A DNA stretch of 64,000 nucleotides, from IMG/VR virus record IMGVR_UViG_3300023174_000050, positions 96,001 to 160,000 of that record. One strand, written 5' to 3'. The stretch comes from a virus. The notes beneath the pieces were generated by a model that saw only the letters and a program-made list of their open reading frames with translations, did no database searches and was not told the DNA's origin. Positions 48,841-57,827 of the stretch are shown piece after piece. The position numbers and the translations under genes were made by a program. Every line of letters starts with the position of its first letter. Positions within the stretch are counted from its first letter, which is position 1.

Positions 48841-49782
48841 ATGGATTATCGTGAAAATGAATTTTTGTGGGTTGAAAAGTATCGACCACGCAAATTAGAA
48901 GATTGTATTTTACCTGCAGATCAAAAGAACATCTTTCATGAGATGTTGGCTAAGGGTGAAATACAGAATATGCTTTTATGCGGCGGCGCAGGTATGGGCA
49001 AGACCACAGTTGCCCGAGCATTATGTGAAGAGTTAGAAACAGATTATATCATCATTAACGGTTCGGAAGAATCTGGTATTGATGTTCTTCGTACTAAAAT
49101 TAAACAGTTTGCATCTACTGTATCGTTCAGTGGTAAGCCAAAGGTTGTTATTTTAGACGAGGCAGACTATCTAAACCCTAATTCTACACAACCTGCATTG
49201 AGAGCATTTATAGAAGAGTTCTCAGCAAATTGTAGATTTATTTTAACCTGCAACTTTAAGAATAGAATTATTCCTCCACTTCATTCTAGAACTGCGGTTA
49301 TTGAATTTAAACTTCCGAAGTCTGAAAAGCCAAAGATTGCCGCAGCATTCTTTAAACGTGTTACGGAAATCATGGGCATTGAAAAGATTGATGCCGATGG
49401 TAAAGTAATTGCAAAAGTTATTGAGAAACACTTTCCCGATTATCGGCGAGTCTTGAATGAGCTACAACGATATTCAGCTTCGGGTAAAATTGACGAGGGC
49501 ATCTTTGTTAATCTAGGTGAGTCCAATATGCAAGAACTAATCTCATCTTTAAAAGATGGTGATTGGAAGAAAATGCGTACTTGGGTTGTTAATAATATTG
49601 ACAATGATCCCGGAACTATTTTTAGAAAACTATATGATACATTAACGGATCAGGTTAAACAGGTTCCGCAACTTATTCTTCTGCTTGCTGATTATCAGTA
49701 TAAAGCAGCATTCTGCGCAGATCAAGAAATTAATCTAGTAGCCTGCTTGACTGAGATTATGGCTGCGGTAGAATTTAAATGA
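48841..49782 (+). CDS. gp44: Clamp loader large subunit gp44
   Basis: LWVEKYRP, GAGMGKT, ILDEAD, PLHSR. Confidence 0.96.
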   Translation: MDYRENEFLWVEKYRPRKLEDCILPADQKNIFHEMLAKGEIQNMLLCGGAGMGKTTVARALCEELETDYIIINGSEESGIDVLRTKIKQFASTVSFSGKPKVVILDEADYLNPNSTQPALRAFIEEFSANCRFILTCNFKNRIIPPLHSRTAVIEFKLPKSEKPKIAAAFFKRVTEIMGIEKIDADGKVIAKVIEKHFPDYRRVLNELQRYSASGKIDEGIFVNLGESNMQELISSLKDGDWKKMRTWVVNNIDNDPGTIFRKLYDTLTDQVKQVPQLILLLADYQYKAAFCADQEINLVACLTEIMAAVEFK

Positions 49783-50063
49783 TTGATTTATTTAGACCTA
49801 CTTTTGAATGGATTCGTAATGATTATCGTACTAATCGCTTTCGTTTTGCTGTTGAGCTCCTGGCTTGGTCTATTAGTGTTGGCTGCTCAATTACCATGGC
49901 ACTCACAGTACCAACCCCTCCTCTTCTTTACATGTATCCTGTTTGGATCAGTGGTTGTGCCATGTATGCTTGGGCTGCATATACTAGGAAATCATTTGGC
50001 ATGCTTGCCAATTATGTACTCTTAACAACTATTGATACTATTGGTTTGGTGAGAATGCTATGA
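49779..50063 (+). CDS. Small multi-TM membrane protein
   Basis: About three hydrophobic segments; overlaps the gp44 stop and gp62 start. Confidence 0.65.
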   Translation: MIDLFRPTFEWIRNDYRTNRFRFAVELLAWSISVGCSITMALTVPTPPLLYMYPVWISGCAMYAWAAYTRKSFGMLANYVLLTTIDTIGLVRML

Positions 50064-50503
50064 GTTTATTTGGAGAACCTGTAGTAAAACCTGTAGCAGA
50101 ACCATATAAAGCGCCTGCTATATCTCCCTTTGATTTTATCAATGCAATTCATCATGGCAAAGATAATCTTATTGTGGACGATTGGTCTGAGAAACAATAT
50201 AACCCCTATATCATTAATAAAGGATTATCATACGGTCACGATACAGTAATTCCTGCCAACGAGATGAATTCTCGCCCCCATTTGGACAAGATCCTACAAT
50301 TTCATTTTCTTATAAATATTGTTAGGCCTCGGAAAAGATACAACAAATGGATCAAGGCCGAGAAGATCGATGATTTGGAAGTTGTCAAAGAATATCATGG
50401 CTACAGCACAGAAAAGGCCAAACAAGTTTTACCACTTCTAAACTCTTCGATTATTGAAGATATGAAAAGAAAAATAACAAAAGGTGGTAGGAATGAGTAC
50501 TAA
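50060..50503 (+). CDS. gp62: Clamp loader small subunit gp62
   Basis: YNPYIINKGLS, NEMN, RPRKRYNKW. Confidence 0.9.
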   Translation: MSLFGEPVVKPVAEPYKAPAISPFDFINAIHHGKDNLIVDDWSEKQYNPYIINKGLSYGHDTVIPANEMNSRPHLDKILQFHFLINIVRPRKRYNKWIKAEKIDDLEVVKEYHGYSTEKAKQVLPLLNSSIIEDMKRKITKGGRNEY

Positions 50504-50927
50504 TATGATCAATATTAATTTCTCTGGGTATAAGCCCTTAGAAGTTACACTAACAGAACCCGACGATTTTTTAAAGGTAAGAGAAACCTTGACTAGAATA
50601 GGTGTGGCATCTAGAAAAGACAAAACACTATTTCAATCTTGCCACATTCTACATAAACAAGGCCATTATTTTATAGTTCATTTTAAAGAGCTCTTTGCTC
50701 TAGATGGAAAGACTGCTGATCTATCAGACAATGACCTGCAACGAAGAAACACTATTGCTAAATTATTAGTAGATTGGGGATTAGTTAAAATTAACGATCC
50801 TGATTTATTTAAAGATTATGCTCCGTTATCTCAAATTAAAGTTATTTCCCATAAAGAAAAAGATGACTGGAAATTGGAAACAAAGTATAATATTGGTAAG
50901 AAAAAATTAGGCAACGACAATAAATAA
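50493..50927 (+). CDS. regA: Translational repressor RegA
   Basis: DDFLKVRETLTRIG, QSCHILHKQG, VHFKELFALDG. Confidence 0.96.
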   Translation: MSTNMININFSGYKPLEVTLTEPDDFLKVRETLTRIGVASRKDKTLFQSCHILHKQGHYFIVHFKELFALDGKTADLSDNDLQRRNTIAKLLVDWGLVKINDPDLFKDYAPLSQIKVISHKEKDDWKLETKYNIGKKKLGNDNK

Positions 50928-50932
50928 TTTTA

Positions 50933-51032
50933 TTCCCGGGATGGGAAAGGGTTGACGGATCCCAATAAAACCGTCACTTAACGCTACGCCGCAAGGGTAG
51001 TATTTTTAACTCGCTTATTTAAGGAGAGCACT
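50933..51032 (+). ncRNA. Candidate structured RNA leader of hsp20
   Basis: Two hairpins with complementary loops (GGGAT/ATCCC), a GCAA tetraloop hairpin and weak pairing over the SD. Confidence 0.5.
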
Positions 51033-51551
51033 ATGACACATTTGTCAGTATTTGGTCCAGGCTTTAAGGACTTCGATAAATTCTTTGTTGGGTTTGACGA
51101 TCAATTCAATCGCATTGCAAAAATGCATGATGATCTAACAAAAAACATTCCCAACTATCCTCCATACAACATCAAGAAAACAGGCGATAACACCTATGTT
51201 ATTGAATTAGCTGTTGCTGGTTTTGCTAAACAGGATATTGAGATTGAGCTTGCTGATGGCAAAATGCTAATTAAAGGTAATACGCAGAGCCAAGAAGAAG
51301 AAGAAAATTTCTTGTTCAAAGGTATTGCAGGAAGAAACTTCATTAGAACATTCGCATTGGATGATCAAATTGAAGTTAAAGATGCAGCTATGTTGAATGG
51401 CATGCTAAAGATTTTCTTAGAACGTATTATTCCCGAACATAAGAAACCTAAAAAAATTGAGGTTAAAGATGTAGAAGAAGGTACAACTAAAACATCTAAA
51501 GCAAGCAAAAAACAATTGCTTACAGAAGATCCTGAATCTAGGGTACTATAA
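51033..51551 (+). CDS. Small heat-shock protein (Hsp20/IbpA family)
   Basis: NYPPYNIKK, ELAVAGF, FLFKGIA, LNGMLKI. Confidence 0.95.
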   Translation: MTHLSVFGPGFKDFDKFFVGFDDQFNRIAKMHDDLTKNIPNYPPYNIKKTGDNTYVIELAVAGFAKQDIEIELADGKMLIKGNTQSQEEEENFLFKGIAGRNFIRTFALDDQIEVKDAAMLNGMLKIFLERIIPEHKKPKKIEVKDVEEGTTKTSKASKKQLLTEDPESRVL

Positions 51552-51554
51552 TCC

Positions 51555-51572
51555 ATGGGGCTTCGGCCCCAT
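51555..51572 (+). terminator. cUUCGg hairpin after hsp20
   Basis: ATGGGGC-TTCG-GCCCCAT; short U-tract. Confidence 0.6.
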
Positions 51573-51591
51573 TTAACACAAAGGAAATAAA

Positions 51592-51870
51592 ATGCTAGAT
51601 CCAGTAAATCTAACTATAGACGCAATACAAAATGGCAAGAAACAATTCATTGAACAGTACATTAAAAATGCTAATCTCAAAAAATCTTGGACAAAGTATG
51701 TAGACACACAAGGTGCATTTTTGCATAGTGCATTAGAAACACAATTAGAAATGACATCCGAATTAACTAAAACATTTATGGATACTAAATTGGAAAAATT
51801 ATATAATCCATTTGGTATAGATTGGTTTCAGGCCGGTTGGGATGCCTACCAACAAAACAATAGGAAATGA
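51592..51870 (+). CDS. Hypothetical helical protein
   Basis: 92-aa ORF with AAGGA SD. Confidence 0.6.
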   Translation: MLDPVNLTIDAIQNGKKQFIEQYIKNANLKKSWTKYVDTQGAFLHSALETQLEMTSELTKTFMDTKLEKLYNPFGIDWFQAGWDAYQQNNRK

Positions 51871-52202
51871 TAATGATTAAAATACTTAAACTTGTTACAG
51901 GCGAAGAAATTATTGGGCAATTGACATATGGCGATACGCACATTGAGGCGGTTCGTCCATGTGCAGTTATGTTGGTTGCTTCAAAATCAACACCAGACCA
52001 ACATTCTATGGCATTAATTCCGTATGCAGGATATGCTAAAGATCATACTATTACAATTGATAAAACGGCAGTAATTTGGGAAGCAGACTTAGAAGATTCT
52101 GTTTATAATCAGTATCAATCTATTTTCGGATCGGGCATTGAGATATTCACACAAGATGCGGCAAGCCCAAATAACGCATCATTAAATATTGTTAGAAGTT
52201 AA
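51867..52202 (+). CDS. Hypothetical Sm-like T4-type protein
   Basis: IKILKLVTGEEII N-terminus; near gp43. Confidence 0.65.
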   Translation: MIMIKILKLVTGEEIIGQLTYGDTHIEAVRPCAVMLVASKSTPDQHSMALIPYAGYAKDHTITIDKTAVIWEADLEDSVYNQYQSIFGSGIEIFTQDAASPNNASLNIVRS

Positions 52203-52495
52203 TCTTTTTTATTGATTCTTTCTGTCACTATGTCGGGACAAGTTTTTGATGCATTATAGTAAGTTCTATATATTGAAACCTTGTCCTCACCTCTACATTG
52301 ATATTCGCATACTAAAAATTTATTATCAGTAACAGTCTTGCTTTTTATATCGCAGACCGCTTCCGCTGTCCTATAAGTTTTTTCTTTTTTGCCGGATTGT
52401 TCCATTGTAATATTTAGATTTACAGTTTTTGGAATCAAAGGTGCGACTATTGCTGCTACCGTAGCAATACTTACAAGTGTTTTTTTACTTAACAT
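52199..52495 (-). CDS. Putative secreted Cys-containing protein
   Basis: Basic/hydrophobic N-terminus; four Cys. Confidence 0.5.
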   Translation of the reverse strand: MLSKKTLVSIATVAAIVAPLIPKTVNLNITMEQSGKKEKTYRTAEAVCDIKSKTVTDNKFLVCEYQCRGEDKVSIYRTYYNASKTCPDIVTERINKKD

Positions 52496-52498
52496 TGT

Positions 52499-52648
52499 TT
52501 AGTAACGTGTAGGATCAGTTACAAACCAAACTATTGTCAATGCTGTTACTACTGCCACCACGGCAATTAGTGAAGATACCATTATAAACTTTAATGTATT
52601 TATTTTCTCAAGCCACATCCATAATTTTGATGCGCTTTCTGTTGGCAT
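52499..52648 (-). CDS. 49-aa single-TM protein (absent from ORF track)
   Basis: Translated by hand: MPTESASKLWMWLEKINTLKFIMVSSLIAVVAVVTALTIVWFVTDPTRY. Confidence 0.5.
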   Translation of the reverse strand: MPTESASKLWMWLEKINTLKFIMVSSLIAVVAVVTALTIVWFVTDPTRY

Positions 52649-52665
52649 AATGCCCTTCTTTAAAA

Positions 52666-53010
52666 TTAAGTTTTACTGTTGAATATACTATGTTTTTCAA
52701 TCCAGTGTTCTAATTCTTTTAAATTAATGTCTCCGTCAAAGTGTTTTTTGAATGCGTGATATCTTTCAAGCAATTGTTTATTACCATGAAACCTGTGTAG
52801 CATTTGTTCTTCTTCTATTTCATGTTTTCTAATTACTGGTAATAAATCGTGATATGCATAATAACTAACCAAAGCAAAGCATGCAATAGTTGCAGACGCA
52901 AAAATTATTGCACTTATATAATTATGTAATAATATTAAAATTCCAGGTACTAAGAATATTGCGAATAACAAACTCAAAACAATTAAAAATGTTTTAGTTG
53001 TTGGTTTCAT
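52666..53010 (-). CDS. Two-TM membrane protein
   Basis: Two N-terminal hydrophobic helices, charged C-terminus. Confidence 0.6.
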   Translation of the reverse strand: MKPTTKTFLIVLSLLFAIFLVPGILILLHNYISAIIFASATIACFALVSYYAYHDLLPVIRKHEIEEEQMLHRFHGNKQLLERYHAFKKHFDGDINLKELEHWIEKHSIFNSKT

Positions 53011-53815
53011 TTTCCTTTTGAGAATTTTTTAAGTATAGATAATCCTCATATTCTTGTAGTTTGCGCTTATGGTCGTACCATTCTTGTCTTCTAACTGCTT
53101 CTAATCTTTTTTGATATGGTTTATCATCTAGATCTCCCCATCGTTGTTTTGCGTCATGGGCAATATACATAAACAACATCATTGTAAAAAAGAAAAATAT
53201 TATGCCAGCTATAGCTATTGCAATCTCAAAATAATATATTGATCTTCTTTGACGACGTTGTCTATCTTTTTCAATTTGTTTTGTAATAAGAATTTTTTGT
53301 TGAGCCCCTAACACTTTAGTCATAGACTCAACTTCAGTATATAATGCTCCTAACTCAGGAGGGCTTTGATATATCATTAACTCTCGTAATTCTTTTCCCA
53401 TTTGTTCTAATTGTTTTTGCATTAGAACTCTTTTTAGGGCACGCTTTGCTAGACTGTCGCCGCCAGTATATACCTCAGTAGAACTTCTTTTTTCTTCATC
53501 CTCAAGAACAGCGACACATTTAAAATAGTTGTCATAATATTGGCCTAGATAATCACCTATTTCAACATAAAGATCAGAAGTTTCTTCACTACGTTTGTTT
53601 AATTCTGTAACACGAGCTTTTTCCTCCGCTAATTGTTTTTTAGCTTCAGGGGGTGCGGCTTTCCCCTCGTACTTTTTATGGAACTGATCATCAAGATCTT
53701 TAAGTACGCCTTTTACATCACCAGCGGCACTTTTGATGTCTTTATATAATTGACAACCTTTTTTTACTGCAGCCACCGCACCATTGCAAAGAGCAAATAG
53801 TGTTAAAGGATCCAT
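52994..53815 (-). CDS. Coiled-coil protein with a C-terminal TM helix
   Basis: 273 aa; hydrophobic IAIAIAGIIFFFFTMMLFMYIA segment. Confidence 0.65.
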   Translation of the reverse strand: MDPLTLFALCNGAVAAVKKGCQLYKDIKSAAGDVKGVLKDLDDQFHKKYEGKAAPPEAKKQLAEEKARVTELNKRSEETSDLYVEIGDYLGQYYDNYFKCVAVLEDEEKRSSTEVYTGGDSLAKRALKRVLMQKQLEQMGKELRELMIYQSPPELGALYTEVESMTKVLGAQQKILITKQIEKDRQRRQRRSIYYFEIAIAIAGIIFFFFTMMLFMYIAHDAKQRWGDLDDKPYQKRLEAVRRQEWYDHKRKLQEYEDYLYLKNSQKENETNN

Positions 53816-54364
53816 TTACAACATTAAGGGAATCCATAACCAAATAGCCTGGCTCATCAATAACATAGCAAAAATGCCTACTCCTAGACTTGCCCAGTAT
53901 AATCTATTGTTAACTGCTAGTATACTTGCTGTCAATAGAACAATCGCAATTTGAAATAATGAGCCTGCATAAGTATACCAAGGCCCGCGACTTTTTGCTA
54001 TAGCACGATCTGCTTCTAACATGCGAGCCTTTAAAGATAATTCTTTTTTACCCTCATTTGTAACAGGATCAGATTCATATCTTTCTATTTTAGCTTTCAA
54101 TGATTCCATTTTCTTTTTATCGTGTGCTCTTTCAGCATCATCATACGCCATTTCTGCAAGTGTACCTTTAATACTTTTTGCCTGATAAAAAGCCCAGGTG
54201 TTATTTGCTTCTATAGTGTTGTTTAAAACTTTGCCCGAATTACTTCCGCCCATTAAAGTATTGATTGCCAGTAATGCTGCAAGTACCGTAATTACCCAAC
54301 CCGCTTTATCCTTTATTAGAGCTTCTTTTTCGCTTCTGGATAAAGGTTTGATTGTTTCAGCCAT
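53816..54364 (-). CDS. DUF4337-like membrane protein
   Basis: NNTWAFYQAKSIK, LFQIAIVLLTASI; TAAGGAG SD. Confidence 0.7.
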   Translation of the reverse strand: MAETIKPLSRSEKEALIKDKAGWVITVLAALLAINTLMGGSNSGKVLNNTIEANNTWAFYQAKSIKGTLAEMAYDDAERAHDKKKMESLKAKIERYESDPVTNEGKKELSLKARMLEADRAIAKSRGPWYTYAGSLFQIAIVLLTASILAVNNRLYWASLGVGIFAMLLMSQAIWLWIPLML

Positions 54365-54382
54365 TTTATTCTCCTTATTATA

Positions 54383-54411
54383 TTGACACAACTTTGTTTT
54401 TATAATATAAT
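54383..54411 (+). promoter_or_regulatory. Sigma70-type promoter for gp43
   Basis: TTGACA-17 nt-TATAAT. Confidence 0.75.
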
Positions 54412-54420
54412 GTTACTTAA

Positions 54421-54428
54421 TATTTATG
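54421..54428 (-). promoter_or_regulatory. Late-promoter variant CATAAATA facing the reverse cassette
   Basis: One mismatch to TATAAATA, ~57 nt upstream of the DUF4337-like start. Confidence 0.4.
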
Positions 54429-54444
54429 ATCTAAAGGTTTTCTA

Positions 54445-56934
54445 ATGAAGTTTTATACTAGCGTAAATCAGTATGGCAACAATATCCTTGTCCGTGGGAT
54501 AAATAACGGGCACAAAGTACAGGATAGGATTCCCTTTAAACCTACTCTGTATGTAAATTCTCAAAAAGAATCAAAATTTAAATCAATATATGGTCAGAAT
54601 CTTGCTCCTATAGAATTTAGCAGTATTAATGATGCAAAAGAATATGTCCAACAATATAAAGAAGTTGAGAATTTTTCAGTATTTGGTAATACAAATTTCG
54701 CATACCAATACATATCGTCAGCATTTAAAGATGATGTAGAATTTGATATTTCTCAAATGAAGATATGGTCATTGGATATTGAGACTACTGCAGACTTAGG
54801 ATTCCCCGATGTAGTGAACACTAATGAAAAAGTATTGTTGATTACCACACAAGATTACGAAACAAAACAAATTGTTACCTTTGGTTTACACCCCGCAAAA
54901 CCTGTTAGTGAAAAACATACTTATGTTCATTGTTCTGACGAAATAAGTTTACTAAAAGAATTTTTAGATTATATTTCTGAGGATCATCCTCATATTATTA
55001 CAGGATGGAATGTGGAATTTTTTGATATCCCATATCTATGTAATCGTATTACTAAAATTCTTGGCGAGGATGCTTTAAAGAAATTATCTCCTTGGAAAAT
55101 AGTAAATGAGAAACGTATTCTAAAATTAAAAAAAGAAAATGTTTCTTTCGAGGTAATGGGTGTAGCCATTCTAGACTATCTGGACTTGTATAAAAAGTTT
55201 ACATATAATGCACAAGAATCTTATAAGTTAGATCATATTGCTAAGGTTGAATTGGGTAGCGAAAAATTATCATATGATGAATATGATTCTTTTACTGCAT
55301 TTTATAAAGGCAACTGGCAAAAGTTTGTAGAGTATAATATTCGAGATGTAGAAATTGTTGACCAACTTGAAGATAAGATGAAATTGATTGAACTTATTCT
55401 TACAATGGCATATGATGCCAAGTGTAATTATATTGACATTTTCTCTGCAGTAAGAACTTGGGATTGTATTTTATATAATCAACTACTAAAGAAAAATATT
55501 ATTGTCCATCAAAGAGAGGATAAGCCCGGTAGACAAATTGCAGGAGCATATGTTCAAGAACCTAAACCGGGAAAATATAATTGGGTGGTTTCATTTGATG
55601 CAACAAGTCTGTATCCTAGTATTATTATGCAATATAATATGTCTCCAGAAACACTTGTTAATAATCCAAAACACTTTGATATACAAATTAAAGATCTTCT
55701 AAAAGGCGATGATTTATCTGATCTAACAGTTAAAGATTATTGTATGGCATCTAATGGTAGATGTTTTACAAGAGATAAACAAGGCATCTTTCCTGAGATT
55801 GTTCAAAAGTTATTTGACGATAGAAAGCAATACAAGAACTTGATGTTGGATGCACAAGCCGAATATGAGAAAACAAAGAATCCAATTTGGCAAAAAGAGA
55901 TATCAAAATATAACAATTTTCAGATGGCTAGAAAGATTCAAATGAATTCTTTATTTGGTGCCTTAGCCAATGAATATTTCAGATTCTATGATTCTAACAT
56001 TGCGGAAGGTATCACTTTAACCGGCCAATATATTATTCAGAAAGTCGGTAGAGATTTAGATACATACTTGAATAAAGTTTGCGGAACAAAAGATCATAGC
56101 TATTCTTTTTATTCTGATACTGATTCTTGTTATGTTACCTTCGCACCTCTTGTAGAAAAATTCTATAAAGGAAAAGATCCAGAAAAGATTGTAGACATTC
56201 TTGATGAAATCTGCGAGGGAAAGATTCAAGAAATTCTAAATAAGAGTTGTAATGAAATTGCAGAGTATACTAATGCGTTTGATAAGAAGATTTATTTTAA
56301 ACGAGAAGCAATCGCAGAAACAGGAGTATGGGTTGCGAAGAAACGATATGCTTTAAATGTTTATAATAATGAAGGGGTTAAATACTCAGAGCCCAAGCTA
56401 AAGGTTATGGGATTGGAGATTGTAAGATCTTCTACCCCTGAACCTATTAGAGATGGTTTGCGAAAAGCAGTTAAATTGGCTTTGACTTCTGATGAACAGA
56501 CTCTTCAAGATTATATTCGAGGATTTGAGACAGAATATAGAAAAATGAAACCTGAATTGATATCTTTTCCTAGAAGTGTTAACGGATTGGATAAATATAC
56601 AGATAGAGCCAATATATATAAACAGGCTACCCCGATGCATGTCAGAGGGGCACTATTATATAATTTTTATCTTGACAAATATGATCTAGGTAAAAGATAT
56701 GAAAAGATTAAAGAAGGCGATAAAATTAAGTTTATTTATTTAAAAGAACCAAATATTATCGGTGAAAATTGTATAGCATTCAATACTATTATACCCCCTG
56801 AATTAGATCTGATTAAGTACGCAGATTATGATACTATGTTCGAGAAATCATTTCTGGAACCTATGAATACAATATTAGATGGAATAGGTTGGTCTGCTAA
56901 ACCTCAAGCAACATTAGAAGGATTATTCGGATGA
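54445..56934 (+). CDS. gp43: Family B DNA polymerase gp43
   Basis: DIET exonuclease, SFDATSLYPSII, KIQMNSLFG, YSDTDS; ends LEGLFG. Confidence 0.98.
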   Translation: MKFYTSVNQYGNNILVRGINNGHKVQDRIPFKPTLYVNSQKESKFKSIYGQNLAPIEFSSINDAKEYVQQYKEVENFSVFGNTNFAYQYISSAFKDDVEFDISQMKIWSLDIETTADLGFPDVVNTNEKVLLITTQDYETKQIVTFGLHPAKPVSEKHTYVHCSDEISLLKEFLDYISEDHPHIITGWNVEFFDIPYLCNRITKILGEDALKKLSPWKIVNEKRILKLKKENVSFEVMGVAILDYLDLYKKFTYNAQESYKLDHIAKVELGSEKLSYDEYDSFTAFYKGNWQKFVEYNIRDVEIVDQLEDKMKLIELILTMAYDAKCNYIDIFSAVRTWDCILYNQLLKKNIIVHQREDKPGRQIAGAYVQEPKPGKYNWVVSFDATSLYPSIIMQYNMSPETLVNNPKHFDIQIKDLLKGDDLSDLTVKDYCMASNGRCFTRDKQGIFPEIVQKLFDDRKQYKNLMLDAQAEYEKTKNPIWQKEISKYNNFQMARKIQMNSLFGALANEYFRFYDSNIAEGITLTGQYIIQKVGRDLDTYLNKVCGTKDHSYSFYSDTDSCYVTFAPLVEKFYKGKDPEKIVDILDEICEGKIQEILNKSCNEIAEYTNAFDKKIYFKREAIAETGVWVAKKRYALNVYNNEGVKYSEPKLKVMGLEIVRSSTPEPIRDGLRKAVKLALTSDEQTLQDYIRGFETEYRKMKPELISFPRSVNGLDKYTDRANIYKQATPMHVRGALLYNFYLDKYDLGKRYEKIKEGDKIKFIYLKEPNIIGENCIAFNTIIPPELDLIKYADYDTMFEKSFLEPMNTILDGIGWSAKPQATLEGLFG

Positions 56935-57776
56935 AAAAATTATTAAAACAAACAATATGGGCAACACTTGCTATAGCAGGTTTATTATTTCCCGCATGGA
57001 ATAACCATGCATTTGCCTGGGATCAACGACAACCATTGCCGACAGAGCAATGTAAAATACATAGCCCATTCGGATTTGCTGATAGCGCTAAAAAATATTC
57101 GCCTATTTGTCGACAAGCATATTTTGTGGCATATGATGCACCTGCAAAAATTCCCGCATATGTGGCATATACATTGGAGCCAAAGAATGCTCTTGGGTGT
57201 GTTGCAAGAACAAATGCTTTTGCAACAGATCAATCTGTTAAAGGTGGCGCTGTTCCTGCAGACTATGCAGGAACAGGATATGACAAAGGTCACGTATCAC
57301 CCGATGGGGATTTATCCTGGGATACTCAGGTTGAATTTGAAAGTTTCTTGATGACAAATATGTTACCTCAAGCGGGATCTTTGAATCGTGGAATTTGGAA
57401 ATTGTTAGAAACATCTGTACGCGGATGGGCAGTCCAATTAGATTCGCCATTTACTATTTACGGCGGTGGTATCTATAATGATACTAATAAAAAAATTGGT
57501 AGCGGAGTAGTTGTCCCGCACGCGTATTATAAAATTGTTATTAATAGAAAAACAAATGAATATGCTGCATGGATGTTTCCTCATACTGCACCATATCCAA
57601 ATTTAGGAAATGATTTAACAAAATATAGAACACAAGTTTCTGCTATTGTAAAAGAAGCAAAGATCGGATTTCTTGTGCCACCAAATGGTAAAGAATTGCA
57701 GCCAGGAAAAGAATGGCCTGTTGATTTTGGCAAATTGACTAATGCTAAAAGGACAAAGTGCGGCAAAGATGAATAG
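56931..57776 (+). CDS. Secreted DNA/RNA non-specific (NucA-like) endonuclease
   Basis: Signal peptide ending AFA; YDKGH, NMLPQ..LNRGIWKLLE, VPHAYYK. Confidence 0.88.
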   Translation: MKKLLKQTIWATLAIAGLLFPAWNNHAFAWDQRQPLPTEQCKIHSPFGFADSAKKYSPICRQAYFVAYDAPAKIPAYVAYTLEPKNALGCVARTNAFATDQSVKGGAVPADYAGTGYDKGHVSPDGDLSWDTQVEFESFLMTNMLPQAGSLNRGIWKLLETSVRGWAVQLDSPFTIYGGGIYNDTNKKIGSGVVVPHAYYKIVINRKTNEYAAWMFPHTAPYPNLGNDLTKYRTQVSAIVKEAKIGFLVPPNGKELQPGKEWPVDFGKLTNAKRTKCGKDE

Positions 57777-57802
57777 ACAAAAAATACATTATGCTATATA
57801 AT
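57774..57802 (+). promoter_or_regulatory. Sigma70-type promoter for uvsX
   Basis: TAGACA-17 nt-TATAAT. Confidence 0.6.
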
Positions 57803-57827
57803 ATTGAAACATACTTAAGGAGTTATT

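Noticed and set aside
49783-50025. Hydrophobic alternative-frame ORF overlapping 49779-50063
   Set aside because: TTG start; the ATG frame is translationally coupled to its neighbours and is the better gene
51592-51870. Phasin-like identity
   Set aside because: Only a general amphipathic-helix resemblance; no diagnostic motif
57007-57351. 114-aa alternative-frame ORF within the nuclease gene
   Set aside because: No clear SD or codon shift noticed; much weaker than the gp46 case
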